Assembly: GCA_027490725.1 (NCBI GenBank)
Contig: JAIXXN010000062.1
Coordinates: 3,007-67,006, forward strand
DNA length: 64,000 bases
Reading direction: 5' to 3'
Source of the DNA: Oxalobacteraceae bacterium
Lineage (GTDB): Bacteria > Pseudomonadota > Gammaproteobacteria > Burkholderiales > Burkholderiaceae_D
Positions 28,099 to 38,321 of this stretch are shown piece after piece. Positions within the stretch are counted from its first letter, which is position 1, and each line of letters begins with the position of its first letter. A program made the translations under genes and the position numbers. Below the pieces are notes generated by a model. That model searched no databases. It worked only from the letters and a program-made list of their open reading frames with translations, and had not been told where the DNA came from.

Positions 28099-28177
28099 GC
28101 CCTAGGCCCTAGGCCCTAGGCCGCAGGCTTAGGCCGCAGGCTTAGGGCCTAGGGCCTAGGCCGCAGGCTTAGGCCGG
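28096..28177. repeat. Intergenic tandem repeat rich in TAG/CTAG, starting at the giant gene's stop codon
   Basis: TAG, then (GCCCTAG)x3, (GCCGCAGGCTTAG)x2, (GGCCTAG)x2, (GCCGCAGGCTTAG)x1. That is nine TAG triplets in 77 nt, spread over all three frames, plus five CTAG palindromes. Confidence 0.85.
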
Positions 28178-28225
28178 CAAACGGCGCGCCTGCTGCGGCA
28201 GTTGTGCGCTGCCGGAGCGGCGCCC

Positions 28226-28262
28226 AAAAAAAAGCCCCTGCGCGTGCGTCAGGGGCTTTTTT
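28226..28262. terminator. Bidirectional rho-independent terminator between the giant gene and flgL
   Basis: A8 (28226-33), stem GCCCCTG (28234-40) / CAGGGGC (28250-56), then T6 (28257-62). Confidence 0.85.
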
Positions 28263-28286
28263 CTGCCGCCGCGGCGGCGCACTGGC

Positions 28287-29549
28287 TTAGCTGATGTAGT
28301 TGAACAGCGATAGACCGGACAGCGATTTGAAGGACTTCTGGGCGGCATCGAGCATGGTCTGCTGCTGGGTGAACTGGGAGATCGCTTTCACCGTGTCGAC
28401 ATCCTGCAAGTCCGACAGCGTGGCCGCGTATTGCAGATTCAGGTCGTCACCGGAGCTGTCGAGGTAGTCCAGCTCTTTCAGGCGCGAGCCGACCGCCGAC
28501 TGCACCGACAGCAGGTTATCGGTCGCATTGTCGATATTCATCTGCGCCTGATTCAGTTTGTTATTCAGGCTAGCCTGCCCGGCCGCGCCATCGCCCGGTG
28601 CGCGCAAGGCAGCGATCAGATCAGTCACCGTGGTGAACACGGATTGCCGGGTACTCGGCGCCACCGAAAAATTATCCAGATCGGCCGGCTCGCCTTTGAC
28701 TTCGAACTGCACGCCGTCAAAACTGATGCTCTGGCCACTGGTATAGGCTTGCGGTACGGCCGGTACCGGGAGGGCCGGCACCGGCTGGTTGAGCGTCAGG
28801 TCGGTCACCGTGTAGGTGGTGGCCTTGGGTGTGCCGGGGGTGGCCGGTACCACCTGGAAGTCGATCTGGTAGCTATGTCCGGTCAGCTGGGTGGCATCCT
28901 TGACGGAACCGGGGCTGATGATGGCCGCGCCACCACGGGTAAAGTTGGCCGGGTCGGCACCGGTCACAAAGGTGCCGTTGCCAGTCAGATTATTTTCGAA
29001 GATGGAGGCGCCGGAATCGCTGATCGGCACCTTGCGGGTCGAGCCGACCTGTAATTCACGCTGCCCCTGATCGCCCTGGTAGGCGGCGCCCGTGGCCGTG
29101 GCGGTGAACGGCAGGGTGGTCGATTTGTAGCCGGAAAACACATAGCCGCCGACCCCGTCGGAGGTGTTGGCCTGACCGATCAGGTCGGCAAGCCGCCCTT
29201 CCAGTTCCACCGCCAGCGATTCGCGGTCTTTCTGGGTCATGCCGCCATTGCCGGCATTCACTGTCAGGGTCTTGATGTCCTGCAGAATCGAGGTAGAACT
29301 GGCCAGCGCCACCGTTTCCAGCGACAGCATACTCTTGGCATTTGAGCGGTTGGTCACCAGCTGGGTATTGATCGATTGCGATTGCGTCACTTCCAGGGCA
29401 CGGGCGGTGGCAATCGGATCGTCGGCCGCAGTCAGATTGCGGCGCCCCGTCGAGAGCTGCTGCTGGGTACGCGAGAGCGAATTCTGCAGCGAGCCGATCT
29501 GCGTCACGCCGACGTCGAAGATAGTCTTCGAACTGATACGCATAGTCAT
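28287..29549 (-). CDS. flgL: Flagellar hook-filament junction protein FlgL (HAP3)
   Basis: N-terminus M(TM)RISSKTIFDVGVTQIGSLQNSLSRTQQQLSTGRR and a flagellin-like C-terminus. Follows flgK. Confidence 0.92.
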   Translation of the reverse strand: MTMRISSKTIFDVGVTQIGSLQNSLSRTQQQLSTGRRNLTAADDPIATARALEVTQSQSINTQLVTNRSNAKSMLSLETVALASSTSILQDIKTLTVNAGNGGMTQKDRESLAVELEGRLADLIGQANTSDGVGGYVFSGYKSTTLPFTATATGAAYQGDQGQRELQVGSTRKVPISDSGASIFENNLTGNGTFVTGADPANFTRGGAAIISPGSVKDATQLTGHSYQIDFQVVPATPGTPKATTYTVTDLTLNQPVPALPVPAVPQAYTSGQSISFDGVQFEVKGEPADLDNFSVAPSTRQSVFTTVTDLIAALRAPGDGAAGQASLNNKLNQAQMNIDNATDNLLSVQSAVGSRLKELDYLDSSGDDLNLQYAATLSDLQDVDTVKAISQFTQQQTMLDAAQKSFKSLSGLSLFNYIS

Positions 29550-29554
29550 GATGG

Positions 29555-31513
29555 TTACCTAATATTGAGCAGGATATCGAACAGGGTGCTGGCCATCTGC
29601 ACCACTTTACCGGCGGCCTGATAGGCCTGCTGGTAGCGTAACAGATTGGCTGCTTCTTCATCGAGATTAACGCCGGAGACACTCTGCTGCTGGTTGGTCG
29701 CCTGCGCGACCGCCGCATCGGCGGCATTGTTACCGATCTGCACTTCGCGCGCCTTGTTACCGACGAAGTTGACCAGCTGCGCATAGGTGGTCTGGTAGGT
29801 GGCCTTGCCACCATCGAGTACGTTCTTGCTCTGCAGCGAGGCCAGCAAAGCACCGTTGCGGCTATCGCCCACCCCGCTAACGTTGGGGCCGATGGTAAAT
29901 TTATCCTGATCGGCCAGCGTGCCGCTGATACTGACATTGATCCCGCCAAAATTGATGGCGGCCCCTTCCGTATAGGGTATCGCTGGCGTGCCGGCCGGAT
30001 ACACGGTGGCAGTGCCGTTGACCGTCACCGTGACATCCTGGGTGGCCGGGAAACCGGACAGCGTGCCGCCAGCCTTATCGAAGGTCAGCGTCAGTGGCGC
30101 CGTCAGGGCCGCGCCGGGCTGTAGATAGGCAGCATCGACCGAACCGGCGGTGATTTTTCCGGAACCGGAATTCGTGGTCGGCGCGGCCGTCGCAATCGGC
30201 GCCGCCAGCGCAATCTTGGTGCGATCGACCACCAGCACTTCGAGCTGGCTGGCCGCCATATAGGTTGGCCGCACCACGAAATTATCCTTGGCCTGCGGGG
30301 TACCGGTGATGGTGTAATCAACCCCGTCGATGGTCTGGGGCACCGTCTGCGGGAAGGGATTGATCTGGGTCAGCTTGCCATCACTCTTGCGCGTGACGTT
30401 GAAGTTGAGGCCGTCGTAATCGACGCTGTAGTCACTCGAGGTCAGTGCGCTGGCATCGGTGACCACGGCCGTCACATCGGCGGTACTGGCCATCGAATTG
30501 TGGCTATTGCGTCCCACGTAAGCGTTAATCGGGCCGAAGAATGGCGTGCCCAGTGCACCGTTCTGGTCCTGCCCCAGTACATGCTGGGCATTGAAGCTGA
30601 CGGCCAGACCGGCAGCGACCTGCCCCATCGAATTCTGGGCGCGATCGAGTGCGCCATTGCGGAATTCCAGCAGGCCACCGAGCTGACCGCCGGTGAACAC
30701 GCTTTCCGGCAAGGGGCTTAACGCGCCGTTGTCGGCCAGATAGCCCAGCGTGACGCGCGCCACATCGGTGGGCGAATTGGAAGTGCCGAGCTGGAAGGCG
30801 GTGGTGCCCACCACCAGCGGCTGGCCAGTGCCCATCTCCACCGTCAGGGTGTTATTCGCGCCTTCCAGCACGGTGGTCTTGACTATCTTGTTGAGTTCGG
30901 TCAGCAAGTGGTCACGGTGATCGAGCAGATCGTTGGCCGGCTTGCCATCCGTGGTCAGTCGGGAAACCAGATTGTTCAGGCTGGCGATTTCGCGCGCGTA
31001 AGAATTGATTTCCGTGACGTTCGAGGCAATCTGGTTATTCACCCCCGCAGAAATTTCCGACAGGCGTGCGCTCATGCCCTGAAAGCGCGACACCAGCGAA
31101 CCGGCCGTCGACAGCATGGCCTGACGTGACGCGGCCGAAGCGGGATTCGAGGTGGCATCCTGCACGCCATTGAAGAAGTCCTGCAGTGCCGGCGACAGAC
31201 CGGCCGTGGGATCGGCCAGCAGATTATCGACCTGGGAAATCTGCTTGCTGTAGGCATCCAGCGAAGCCTGACTGGCTTCGGCGCCACGCAACTGGGTGGC
31301 TAGGAAATTATCGTAGAAGCGCCGCACCGCCGTCACCTCGGTACCGCTGCCGACAAAGCCGAAGCCTTCGTCGCGGGTCGCGGTATCACCCTGGATCGCC
31401 ACCTGACGGCTATACCCCGCCACACCGGCGTTGGTGATGTTATTGCCGGTAGTTGACAAGCCTACCTGGGCCGACAACAGACCGCTGGTACCGATGCTGA
31501 GGAGGTTGGACAT
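29555..31513 (-). CDS. flgK: Flagellar hook-associated protein FlgK (HAP1)
   Basis: N-terminus MSNLLSIGTSGLLSAQVGLSTTGNNITNAGVAGYSRQ and C-terminus ..EEAANLLRYQQAYQAAGKVVQMASTLFDILLNIR. Confidence 0.95.
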   Translation of the reverse strand: MSNLLSIGTSGLLSAQVGLSTTGNNITNAGVAGYSRQVAIQGDTATRDEGFGFVGSGTEVTAVRRFYDNFLATQLRGAEASQASLDAYSKQISQVDNLLADPTAGLSPALQDFFNGVQDATSNPASAASRQAMLSTAGSLVSRFQGMSARLSEISAGVNNQIASNVTEINSYAREIASLNNLVSRLTTDGKPANDLLDHRDHLLTELNKIVKTTVLEGANNTLTVEMGTGQPLVVGTTAFQLGTSNSPTDVARVTLGYLADNGALSPLPESVFTGGQLGGLLEFRNGALDRAQNSMGQVAAGLAVSFNAQHVLGQDQNGALGTPFFGPINAYVGRNSHNSMASTADVTAVVTDASALTSSDYSVDYDGLNFNVTRKSDGKLTQINPFPQTVPQTIDGVDYTITGTPQAKDNFVVRPTYMAASQLEVLVVDRTKIALAAPIATAAPTTNSGSGKITAGSVDAAYLQPGAALTAPLTLTFDKAGGTLSGFPATQDVTVTVNGTATVYPAGTPAIPYTEGAAINFGGINVSISGTLADQDKFTIGPNVSGVGDSRNGALLASLQSKNVLDGGKATYQTTYAQLVNFVGNKAREVQIGNNAADAAVAQATNQQQSVSGVNLDEEAANLLRYQQAYQAAGKVVQMASTLFDILLNIR

Positions 31514-31564
31514 GATGGATTACTCTCTATGGTGTCATTTACGGCAGAACGGCGCGGAACTTGA

Positions 31565-32527
31565 TTAGCCGGCCAGCGAGCGCTTGATGATGCTCGCCAG
31601 TTTGGTCGCGTAGTGAGGATCGGTGGCGTAGCCGGCCTTCTGCAAGCCCTGCGCGAAGCGGGTCGCATCACCAGCACTGGCCAGCACTTTTTCATAGCGC
31701 GGATTGGTGGCGATCAGCTTGGCGTAATCCTTGAAACTATCGCTATAGCTGTCATAGGCGCGGAAGCGTTCGACTCTGGTCTGTGCCTTGCCATTTACAT
31801 ATTCGGTGGTGGTCGCTTCGACCACTTTGCCCTTCCAGTCGGCGCTGGCTTTAATGCCGAACAGGTTGTGACTATTGCTGCCGTCACGGCCCTTGATTTC
31901 GCGTTTGCCCCAGCCACTCTCGAGCGCGGCCTGACCCAGCATGAATTTGGCCGGAATGCCGGTACTACGACTGGCTTCTTCGGCGGCGGCACCGAGCTTT
32001 TCCTGGAATTTACGCACATGCGGGGCATTCGAACCGGCGTTGGTGGCCGGTACCGCACTCTTCTCTTCGACCGAGCCCGCGGCGTTACCACCGGCTGCGG
32101 CAATCGCGCGCTGCAGGCGCGCATCGTTCAGGCTGGCCAGCCCGGCGAACTGACCGCTGCTGTCAGCACTGGCCGTGCTGTCGCCACCGATCGCCAGCGC
32201 CTGATTCTGGGCCTGGGTGCCCTGCGATAGCTGGCGGATCAGCATATCGGACAGGCCGATGCCCTTCTTGGCGATATTCTGGCTAGTCTGCTGGTCCAGC
32301 ATCGAGGTAAACATTTTGGTCTGCTGGCTATCCATCAGACCGTCCTGTGGCGAAGCATCGCGCATGCTTTTCATCATCATGTTGACGAACATCGCTTCGA
32401 ACTGGGTGGACGCGGTTTTCAGGGCGTCGGCGCTACCGGCACGGGCCGATTGCTTCAAATTGCCCATGTCCTTCACGTCCAGGGCAAATTTGTTGTTCAG
32501 ATCATTCGAAAGGTTCGGGCTACTCAT
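31565..32527 (-). CDS. flgJ: Flagellar rod assembly protein / peptidoglycan hydrolase FlgJ
   Basis: N-terminal rod-binding motif (FEAMFVNMMMKSMR) plus a C-terminal glucosaminidase domain (..GQAALESGWGKREI..HNLFGIKA..). Confidence 0.93.
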   Translation of the reverse strand: MSSPNLSNDLNNKFALDVKDMGNLKQSARAGSADALKTASTQFEAMFVNMMMKSMRDASPQDGLMDSQQTKMFTSMLDQQTSQNIAKKGIGLSDMLIRQLSQGTQAQNQALAIGGDSTASADSSGQFAGLASLNDARLQRAIAAAGGNAAGSVEEKSAVPATNAGSNAPHVRKFQEKLGAAAEEASRSTGIPAKFMLGQAALESGWGKREIKGRDGSNSHNLFGIKASADWKGKVVEATTTEYVNGKAQTRVERFRAYDSYSDSFKDYAKLIATNPRYEKVLASAGDATRFAQGLQKAGYATDPHYATKLASIIKRSLAG

Positions 32528-32539
32528 GATGGCATCGCC

Positions 32540-33703
32540 TTAAATGATTTCCAGCTCGGCGCGCAGCGAACCTGCCGCCTTCATAGCCTGCAGGATCGAC
32601 AGCAAGTCCTGCGGCGTCGCACCGATGGCATTCAGGGCTTTCACCACTTCCGACAGCGAGGCGCCGCCTTTTACCATGATCACCTTGCCGCTGTCGGCCT
32701 TGATGCCGATCTGCGGATTCTGGGTCACCACGGTGCGCCCGCCGGACAGCGCATTCGGCTGGCTGACCTGCGGATCGGCGCTCACCGAGACCGACAGATT
32801 ACCGTGCGAAATGGCGCAGGTATCGAGCGTGACGGCACGGTTCATCACCACCGAACCGGTGCGTGCATTCATGATCACTTTGGCGGGCTGCTCGGACGGC
32901 GACACCTGCATATCCTGCAGGGTGCCGATGAAGCTGACACGCTGGTCGCTGCTGCTGGGCGACTGCACGCGGATCACCCGGCTGTCGAGTGCATAGGCGA
33001 TGCCGGGGCCGTATTTGTCGTTGATGGTTTCCACCACGCGGCTGGCAGTAGCGAAGTCGGCCGTATTCAGTTCCAGCTTGATGAAGTTACCCTCACCGAG
33101 CTGCGACGCAACTGCCCGCTCTACCGTCGCACCGCCGGAAATTTTCCCCACGCTCAGGTGATTGACCACCTGCGAGCTACCACCCGAGGAGGCGCCCACG
33201 CCGCCCACCAGCACATTGCCCTGGGCCATACCGTAGACCTGACCATCGGCGCCTTTCAGGGGCGTCATCAGAAGCGTACCGCCACGCAGGCTTTTGGCAT
33301 TACCCATCGACGAGACCGTGATATCGAGGGTCTGGCCGGGCTGGGCAAAGGCAGGCAGCGAGGCCGTCACCATCACGGCCGCCACATTTTTCAGTTGCAA
33401 GGTGGTGCCCTGCGGCAGATTCACGCCCAGCTGCTGCAGCATCGACACCACGCTCTGCACCGTGAACGGGGTTTGCGTGGTCTGGTCGCCGCTGCCATCG
33501 AGACCGACCACCAGACCGTAACCGATCAGCTGATTCTGGCGCACGCCGGCAATGCTGGCGAGATCTTTCAGGCGCTCGGCGCGGGCCGGCTGCACCAGCG
33601 TGGCACCGAGCAGCAGCACCAGCAACAGCAAGGCCAGTTTGCACAGGCCGGCGCTGCGCTGCACGGCCTGGTTGATACGTTCTTGGCTGTCCATGATAGT
33701 CAT
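32540..33703 (-). CDS. flgI: Flagellar P-ring protein FlgI
   Basis: Signal peptide (..[13 protein letters not shown]) and the conserved block [24 protein letters not shown]. Confidence 0.96.
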   Translation of the reverse strand: MTIMDSQERINQAVQRSAGLCKLALLLLVLLLGATLVQPARAERLKDLASIAGVRQNQLIGYGLVVGLDGSGDQTTQTPFTVQSVVSMLQQLGVNLPQGTTLQLKNVAAVMVTASLPAFAQPGQTLDITVSSMGNAKSLRGGTLLMTPLKGADGQVYGMAQGNVLVGGVGASSGGSSQVVNHLSVGKISGGATVERAVASQLGEGNFIKLELNTADFATASRVVETINDKYGPGIAYALDSRVIRVQSPSSSDQRVSFIGTLQDMQVSPSEQPAKVIMNARTGSVVMNRAVTLDTCAISHGNLSVSVSADPQVSQPNALSGGRTVVTQNPQIGIKADSGKVIMVKGGASLSEVVKALNAIGATPQDLLSILQAMKAAGSLRAELEII

Positions 33704-34359
33704 CAGAAAGGTAACAGGCTCTGGAAGAAGCGCGAAGCCATCGAGGTCATTTCGGCCCGGTCGATGGTGCTATTGGTGCGGTATTCCACCTTGGCATCCG
33801 CCACCGCCGTCGATTGCACGGTGTTGCCGGTGGCGATGTTGTCGGGATTGATCATGCCGGAGAAGCGGATGAACTCCACGCCCTTGTTCATCGCTACCTG
33901 TTTTTCACCGGCCACGATCAGGTTACCGTTGTCGAGCACTTCCACCACCGTCACACCCATCGTGCCGGTAAAGGTATTGCTGGCTGACTGGTTGTCGGCG
34001 TCGGAGAACTTGCTGGCACTGTTGGCGCCCAGCGTACCGCCAAAAGTCGATTGCAGCGGGCCCGGCACACTGGCGCTGACGCTGCCGGTCTTGTTGCCGG
34101 AACTGGCACCGGCTTTGACGGCCGAGGTTTTTTCCGTGATCACCAGCGTCAGCACGTCGCCGATGTGGCGACCGCGCCGGTCTTCGAAGATGGGACGGTA
34201 GGCGGCCTGCTGGTAGATTGCGCCGCTGCTGGGGGCAGCCTGACGCTGCACATTGGCCATCGGGCGGGCCGTCATCGGCATCTGTACGATGGAGGTGGGG
34301 GTCGCTGCGCAGCCGCTCAAAACGAGCCCTGCCAGCACAATTGAAAGCGAAGTTTTCAT
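33703..34359 (-). CDS. flgH: Flagellar L-ring lipoprotein FlgH
   Basis: Start at [17 protein letters not shown] (lipobox LSGC) with AAGGAGA RBS; the ORF-track start at 34440 overlaps flgG. Stop overlaps the flgI start. Confidence 0.93.
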   Translation of the reverse strand: MKTSLSIVLAGLVLSGCAATPTSIVQMPMTARPMANVQRQAAPSSGAIYQQAAYRPIFEDRRGRHIGDVLTLVITEKTSAVKAGASSGNKTGSVSASVPGPLQSTFGGTLGANSASKFSDADNQSASNTFTGTMGVTVVEVLDNGNLIVAGEKQVAMNKGVEFIRFSGMINPDNIATGNTVQSTAVADAKVEYRTNSTIDRAEMTSMASRFFQSLLPF

Positions 34360-34369
34360 GACCGTCTCC

Positions 34370-35152
34370 TTACATCTGCGACAGTTTCTGCAACATCTGG
34401 TCGGAGGTCGTGATGGCCTTCGAATTGATTTCGTACGCACGCTGGGTCTGGATCATATTCACCATTTCCTCAACCACGTTGACGTTCGAGGTTTCCACAA
34501 AACCTTGCAGAATCACCCCGGCACCATTGGTGCCCGGCGTATTGGTTTGCGGATTGCCGGACACTCCGGTTTCCACATACAGGTTCTCGCCCTTGGATTC
34601 CAGCCCGGTCGGGTTGATAAAGGTCGACACCTGGATGCTGCCCACCTGCTGCGGTGCGACCTGCCCCGGCAGCGTCACCGACACCGTACCGTCGCGGCCC
34701 ACCGTGAACGACTGGGCGGCAGCAGGAATGGTGATGGCCGGTTGCAGCACATAACCGCTGGAGGTGACCAGCTGGCCATTGTTGTCGCGCTGGAAGGAAC
34801 CGTCGCGGGTGTAGGCCGTGGTGCCATCGGGCAGCAGCACATTGAAGAAGCCATTGCCGCTGACCATCATGTCTTTGTCATTGCCGGTGGCCTGGGAGTT
34901 ACCCTGCGTGTGGATGCGCTCGATCGCTACCGGACGCACCCCGGTACCGAGCTGCATACCGGACGGCAGATTGGTTTGCTGGGAGGACTGGGCGCCGGGC
35001 TGGCGCAGGTTCTGGTACAGCAGATCCTCGAACACGGCACGCGACTTTTTAAAGCCGTTAGTACCCACGTTGGCGAGGTTATTGGTGGTCACGTCGAGCG
35101 CGGTCTGTTGCGCTTCCATGCCAGTCTTGGCGATCCATAATGAACGTATCAT
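34370..35152 (-). CDS. flgG: Flagellar distal rod protein FlgG
   Basis: [35 protein letters not shown]... 260 aa, GGGAGAA RBS. ORF-track start at 35203 trimmed. Confidence 0.96.
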   Translation of the reverse strand: MIRSLWIAKTGMEAQQTALDVTTNNLANVGTNGFKKSRAVFEDLLYQNLRQPGAQSSQQTNLPSGMQLGTGVRPVAIERIHTQGNSQATGNDKDMMVSGNGFFNVLLPDGTTAYTRDGSFQRDNNGQLVTSSGYVLQPAITIPAAAQSFTVGRDGTVSVTLPGQVAPQQVGSIQVSTFINPTGLESKGENLYVETGVSGNPQTNTPGTNGAGVILQGFVETSNVNVVEEMVNMIQTQRAYEINSKAITTSDQMLQKLSQM

Positions 35153-35223
35153 GCTGCTTCTCCCATGCTTGGACGGGTAGCGACAGCTACTCATCCCACC
35201 CAAGCATTATGCGGCAGCAGGCA

Positions 35224-35964
35224 TCAACCTAAAGCGAGGATCTGGGTGGCTTTTGCCGCGTTATTCTCGGCATTCTTCAGCAAACTCATTTGCATTTCGA
35301 ACTGTCTGGCCAGGCTGATCATGTTGACCATCGAGTCGACCGGATTGACATTGCTGCCCTCCAGTGCGCCATCAACCAGCCGCACGGCGGGATCGTTTTC
35401 GGCGACGATGCCACTGCTCTGACGGAACAGGCCATCATCGCCGCGCAGCAGCGCCTTGGCATCGGGATTCACCAGTTTCAAGCGCCCCAGCACATTGGCC
35501 GGACCGGGTTTGAAATCGTTCGAGATGGCACTCACCGTACCATCGCTGGCGATGCTGATATTGGTATCGGGCGGGATCGCAATCGGCCCGCCATCACCGA
35601 CCAGCGTCAGCCCGCTCTGGGTCTGCAGCAAGCCGTTTTCGCTCACTTTCAGACTGCCGTTACGGGTATAGGCTTCGGAACCGTCGGCCGAGGTGACGGC
35701 CAGCCAGCCCTGATCGCGGATCGCCACATCGAGCGGACGGCCAGTGGTCTGGATCGGCCCGGCACGCATATCGGAACCCACCGTGGAATCGACCACGAAG
35801 GCGCGCGTGGCCAGCCCGTCCGAAATCACCGGCACCGCACGGAAACTGTCGAGCTGGGCGCGAAAGCCGGTGGTGGTGACGTTGGACAGATTGTTGGCCA
35901 CGGTGGCCTGCTGCTCCATCACGTGGCGGGCACCAGTCATTGCGGTGTAGACAAGGCGATCCAT
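35224..35964 (-). CDS. flgF: Flagellar proximal rod protein FlgF
   Basis: MDRLVYTAMTGARHVMEQQATVANNLSNVTTTGFR... 246 aa. Confidence 0.94.
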   Translation of the reverse strand: MDRLVYTAMTGARHVMEQQATVANNLSNVTTTGFRAQLDSFRAVPVISDGLATRAFVVDSTVGSDMRAGPIQTTGRPLDVAIRDQGWLAVTSADGSEAYTRNGSLKVSENGLLQTQSGLTLVGDGGPIAIPPDTNISIASDGTVSAISNDFKPGPANVLGRLKLVNPDAKALLRGDDGLFRQSSGIVAENDPAVRLVDGALEGSNVNPVDSMVNMISLARQFEMQMSLLKNAENNAAKATQILALG

Positions 35965-35999
35965 GGCGGCTCCCGATTGCTATGCGCGTTAGCCTAGGC

Positions 36000-37556
36000 T
36001 TAACGCAGGTTGACCAGCGTCTGCAACACCGAGTCCTGGGTCTTGATGGTCTGCGCATTGGCCTGATAGACGCGCTGCGCAGTAATCATGTTCACCAGTT
36101 CGGCCGTCAGATCGACGTTGGAGGTTTCCACCGAGCTGGCGCGCAGCGAACCCATCGAGCCAGCATTCGGCACGCCAATGGTTGGCGTACCGGAAGCCGA
36201 GCTTTCGGCCCAGCAGTTGTTACCCAGTGGCGTCAGGCCATCCACGCTGGCGAAGTTGGCCATGGCGATCTGGCCCATCGGGCGCGATTTACCATTGCTG
36301 TACTGGCCCAGAATCACGCCGTTTTCATCGATCGCATAACGCTGCCAGGAACCGGCCGAATAACCATTCTGGATCGAGCCCAGATCGTTGGTGACACTCC
36401 CGTACTGGGTCGTCTTGTCGAAGGTCGTGGCCACCATCATTGGCTGCTGGGCACCGGTGTCCGGGAAGATCGGCAGACTGATATTGAACGGCAGCGTTTG
36501 CGGGGTCGGCAGCAGCGCCATGGCTTGCGGATTCAGCGCACCGTTGCGGTCGAACAGCAGGGTACCGACTTTGATTGCCGGTACCGTGATGGCGTTCGCC
36601 AGCTTGGCATTGATCTGATCCGGGGTCTGGCCGGTAATCGAACCGCTAGCGGTCGGGTCGAGCGCGCTGAAGGCTGCCGTCAGAGCGTCCAGCTGGGCTT
36701 GCGAAGCGGCAGCGGGCGGGACGGAAGCGGCGGTCAGCATCGAATTGTAGGCGGCAGCAGCATAGGCACCGGCGGCGGCAGCGATTGCGGCCACATCGGG
36801 CGGCGTGGCACGCACGGCGTCGTTATAGGCGAGGCGTGCACCCTGCACACCAGCATCACTATTGACGGCGGCGGCGACACTGCCCGACACCACTTCCTTG
36901 TTATCGGCGGCGGCGTAGACGTCCCAGGTATTCGCATCGGTCTTGACGTAGTAGGTGGTCATGATGTGCGAAGTACCCAGACTGTCGTACACATTGAGCA
37001 CGGTCTGCTTGTTATAGCTGGTCGGATCGCCGGCATCGAAAGGAATGGTGGCCGGTATTTTTTCGGCCGAGCTCAGATTCAGCTGGAAGTTGGCGGTGGT
37101 GGTTTGCACCGGCGTCAAGTCCGACTTGTCGAGCGTCAGCGGCACCGGGGCACCGAGCTGGATCACCCCAGCCGCATTCGACAGGTAGCCGGTCAGCTGG
37201 GCGCCCTGGGCGTTCACCAGCGTGTGGCTATTATCTTCGTGGAACTGGCCATTGCGGGTGTATTGCACGGCGCCATTCACCACCTCACGGAAGAAGCCAC
37301 CACCATTGATGGAGACGTCCAGCGGATTGGTACTGGTTTCGATATTCCCCTGGGTGAACTGCTGGGCCAGCTTGGCGGTGGTCACACCGATCCCGGCATT
37401 ATTGCCCGACACGCCGTTCAGCGAGTTGGCATACAGGTCGGCGAACTGGGCCTGCGAGCTCTTGAAACCAACCGTGCTGGCGTTGGCGATATTGTTGCCG
37501 ATCACATCCAGCGATTTGGATGCCGAATTCAGGCCACTAAGTCCTTGTTGGAACAT
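36000..37556 (-). CDS. flgE: Flagellar hook protein FlgE (518 aa, with an Ala-rich central insert)
   Basis: MFQQGLSGLNSASKSLDVIGNNIANASTVGFK... and C-terminus ..VDLTAELVNMITAQRVYQANAQTIKTQDSVLQTLVNLR. Confidence 0.95.
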   Translation of the reverse strand: MFQQGLSGLNSASKSLDVIGNNIANASTVGFKSSQAQFADLYANSLNGVSGNNAGIGVTTAKLAQQFTQGNIETSTNPLDVSINGGGFFREVVNGAVQYTRNGQFHEDNSHTLVNAQGAQLTGYLSNAAGVIQLGAPVPLTLDKSDLTPVQTTTANFQLNLSSAEKIPATIPFDAGDPTSYNKQTVLNVYDSLGTSHIMTTYYVKTDANTWDVYAAADNKEVVSGSVAAAVNSDAGVQGARLAYNDAVRATPPDVAAIAAAAGAYAAAAYNSMLTAASVPPAAASQAQLDALTAAFSALDPTASGSITGQTPDQINAKLANAITVPAIKVGTLLFDRNGALNPQAMALLPTPQTLPFNISLPIFPDTGAQQPMMVATTFDKTTQYGSVTNDLGSIQNGYSAGSWQRYAIDENGVILGQYSNGKSRPMGQIAMANFASVDGLTPLGNNCWAESSASGTPTIGVPNAGSMGSLRASSVETSNVDLTAELVNMITAQRVYQANAQTIKTQDSVLQTLVNLR

Positions 37557-37613
37557 GGTATTCCCCCGTCTAGGTATGAGGTGTAAGGTGTAAGGTCTAC
37601 GCTGTAACGCTGG

Positions 37614-38306
37614 TTACAGAACTTCTTTCACTGCAGACATAGCGAACTGTCCCAGTGAGGTATTCAGTTTTACGCCACCGCTGCCGGTCGAAACACTGGC
37701 CACCGAGGCCAGTTGCAAGGCCGTGGCATCGCTCAGCGTTTTACCGCCGCTGACCGCCTTGACGCTAAAGGTGTACTTGCCTGCTGCCGCTTTGCCACCG
37801 GCATCGGTGGTGCCGTCCCAGGTAATCGGATAGGTGCCTACCTCGCTGCTTTTCAGGGACAGCGTACGCACGCTGGCGCCAGTGCCATCCTGGATGGAAA
37901 TCGTCACGCTTTCTGCGGCCGAGGCCAGATCCACGCCGAACACGCTGCTGCTGCTGGTCTTGCCGCTGCTATCGGTCATGCTGGAGAGCTCGATACCCTT
38001 GCCGGCCACCAGCACCCCTTTGCCAATCAGATTGGTGGCCGACAGCGACTGAGCATTGGCCTGGTCAGTGCGCAGCGATTCCAGCGTGGCATTGACTTTA
38101 TTAATACCCGTCACGGTCGACAGTTGTGCCAGCTGACTGGTCATGGCCGCATTGTCCATCGGGTTGAGCGGATCCTGATTTTTCAGCTGCGTCACCAGCA
38201 GCTTCATGAATTTATCCTGATCGGCCTGTACGCTGTCGGTCGCGGCTTTACTGGTGGTACTGACGGTAGACGCCTTGGGCGTATCGGTCACTGCGCTGAT
38301 AGTCAT
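37614..38306 (-). CDS. flgD: Flagellar hook capping/scaffold protein FlgD
   Basis: ..DKFMKLLVTQLKNQDPLNPMDNAAMTSQLAQLSTV.. is the FlgD signature. Confidence 0.93.
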   Translation of the reverse strand: MTISAVTDTPKASTVSTTSKAATDSVQADQDKFMKLLVTQLKNQDPLNPMDNAAMTSQLAQLSTVTGINKVNATLESLRTDQANAQSLSATNLIGKGVLVAGKGIELSSMTDSSGKTSSSSVFGVDLASAAESVTISIQDGTGASVRTLSLKSSEVGTYPITWDGTTDAGGKAAAGKYTFSVKAVSGGKTLSDATALQLASVASVSTGSGGVKLNTSLGQFAMSAVKEVL

Positions 38307-38321
38307 GGTTGCCTCTTAAGG

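Noticed and set aside
19300-28177. Could the periodic region or the downstream CCTAGG array be a CRISPR array?
   Set aside because: The 24 nt units are contiguous and in frame with no unique spacers. The 28096-28177 array has 7 and 13 nt units without spacers. No cas genes or leader are present.
19192-28286. The giant gene as a recently acquired genomic island or mobile element.
   Set aside because: There is no integrase, transposase, tRNA, direct-repeat att sites or IS ends at either border. By eye, base composition and codon style look like the flanking flagellar genes. A proper GC or codon-adaptation calculation is still needed.
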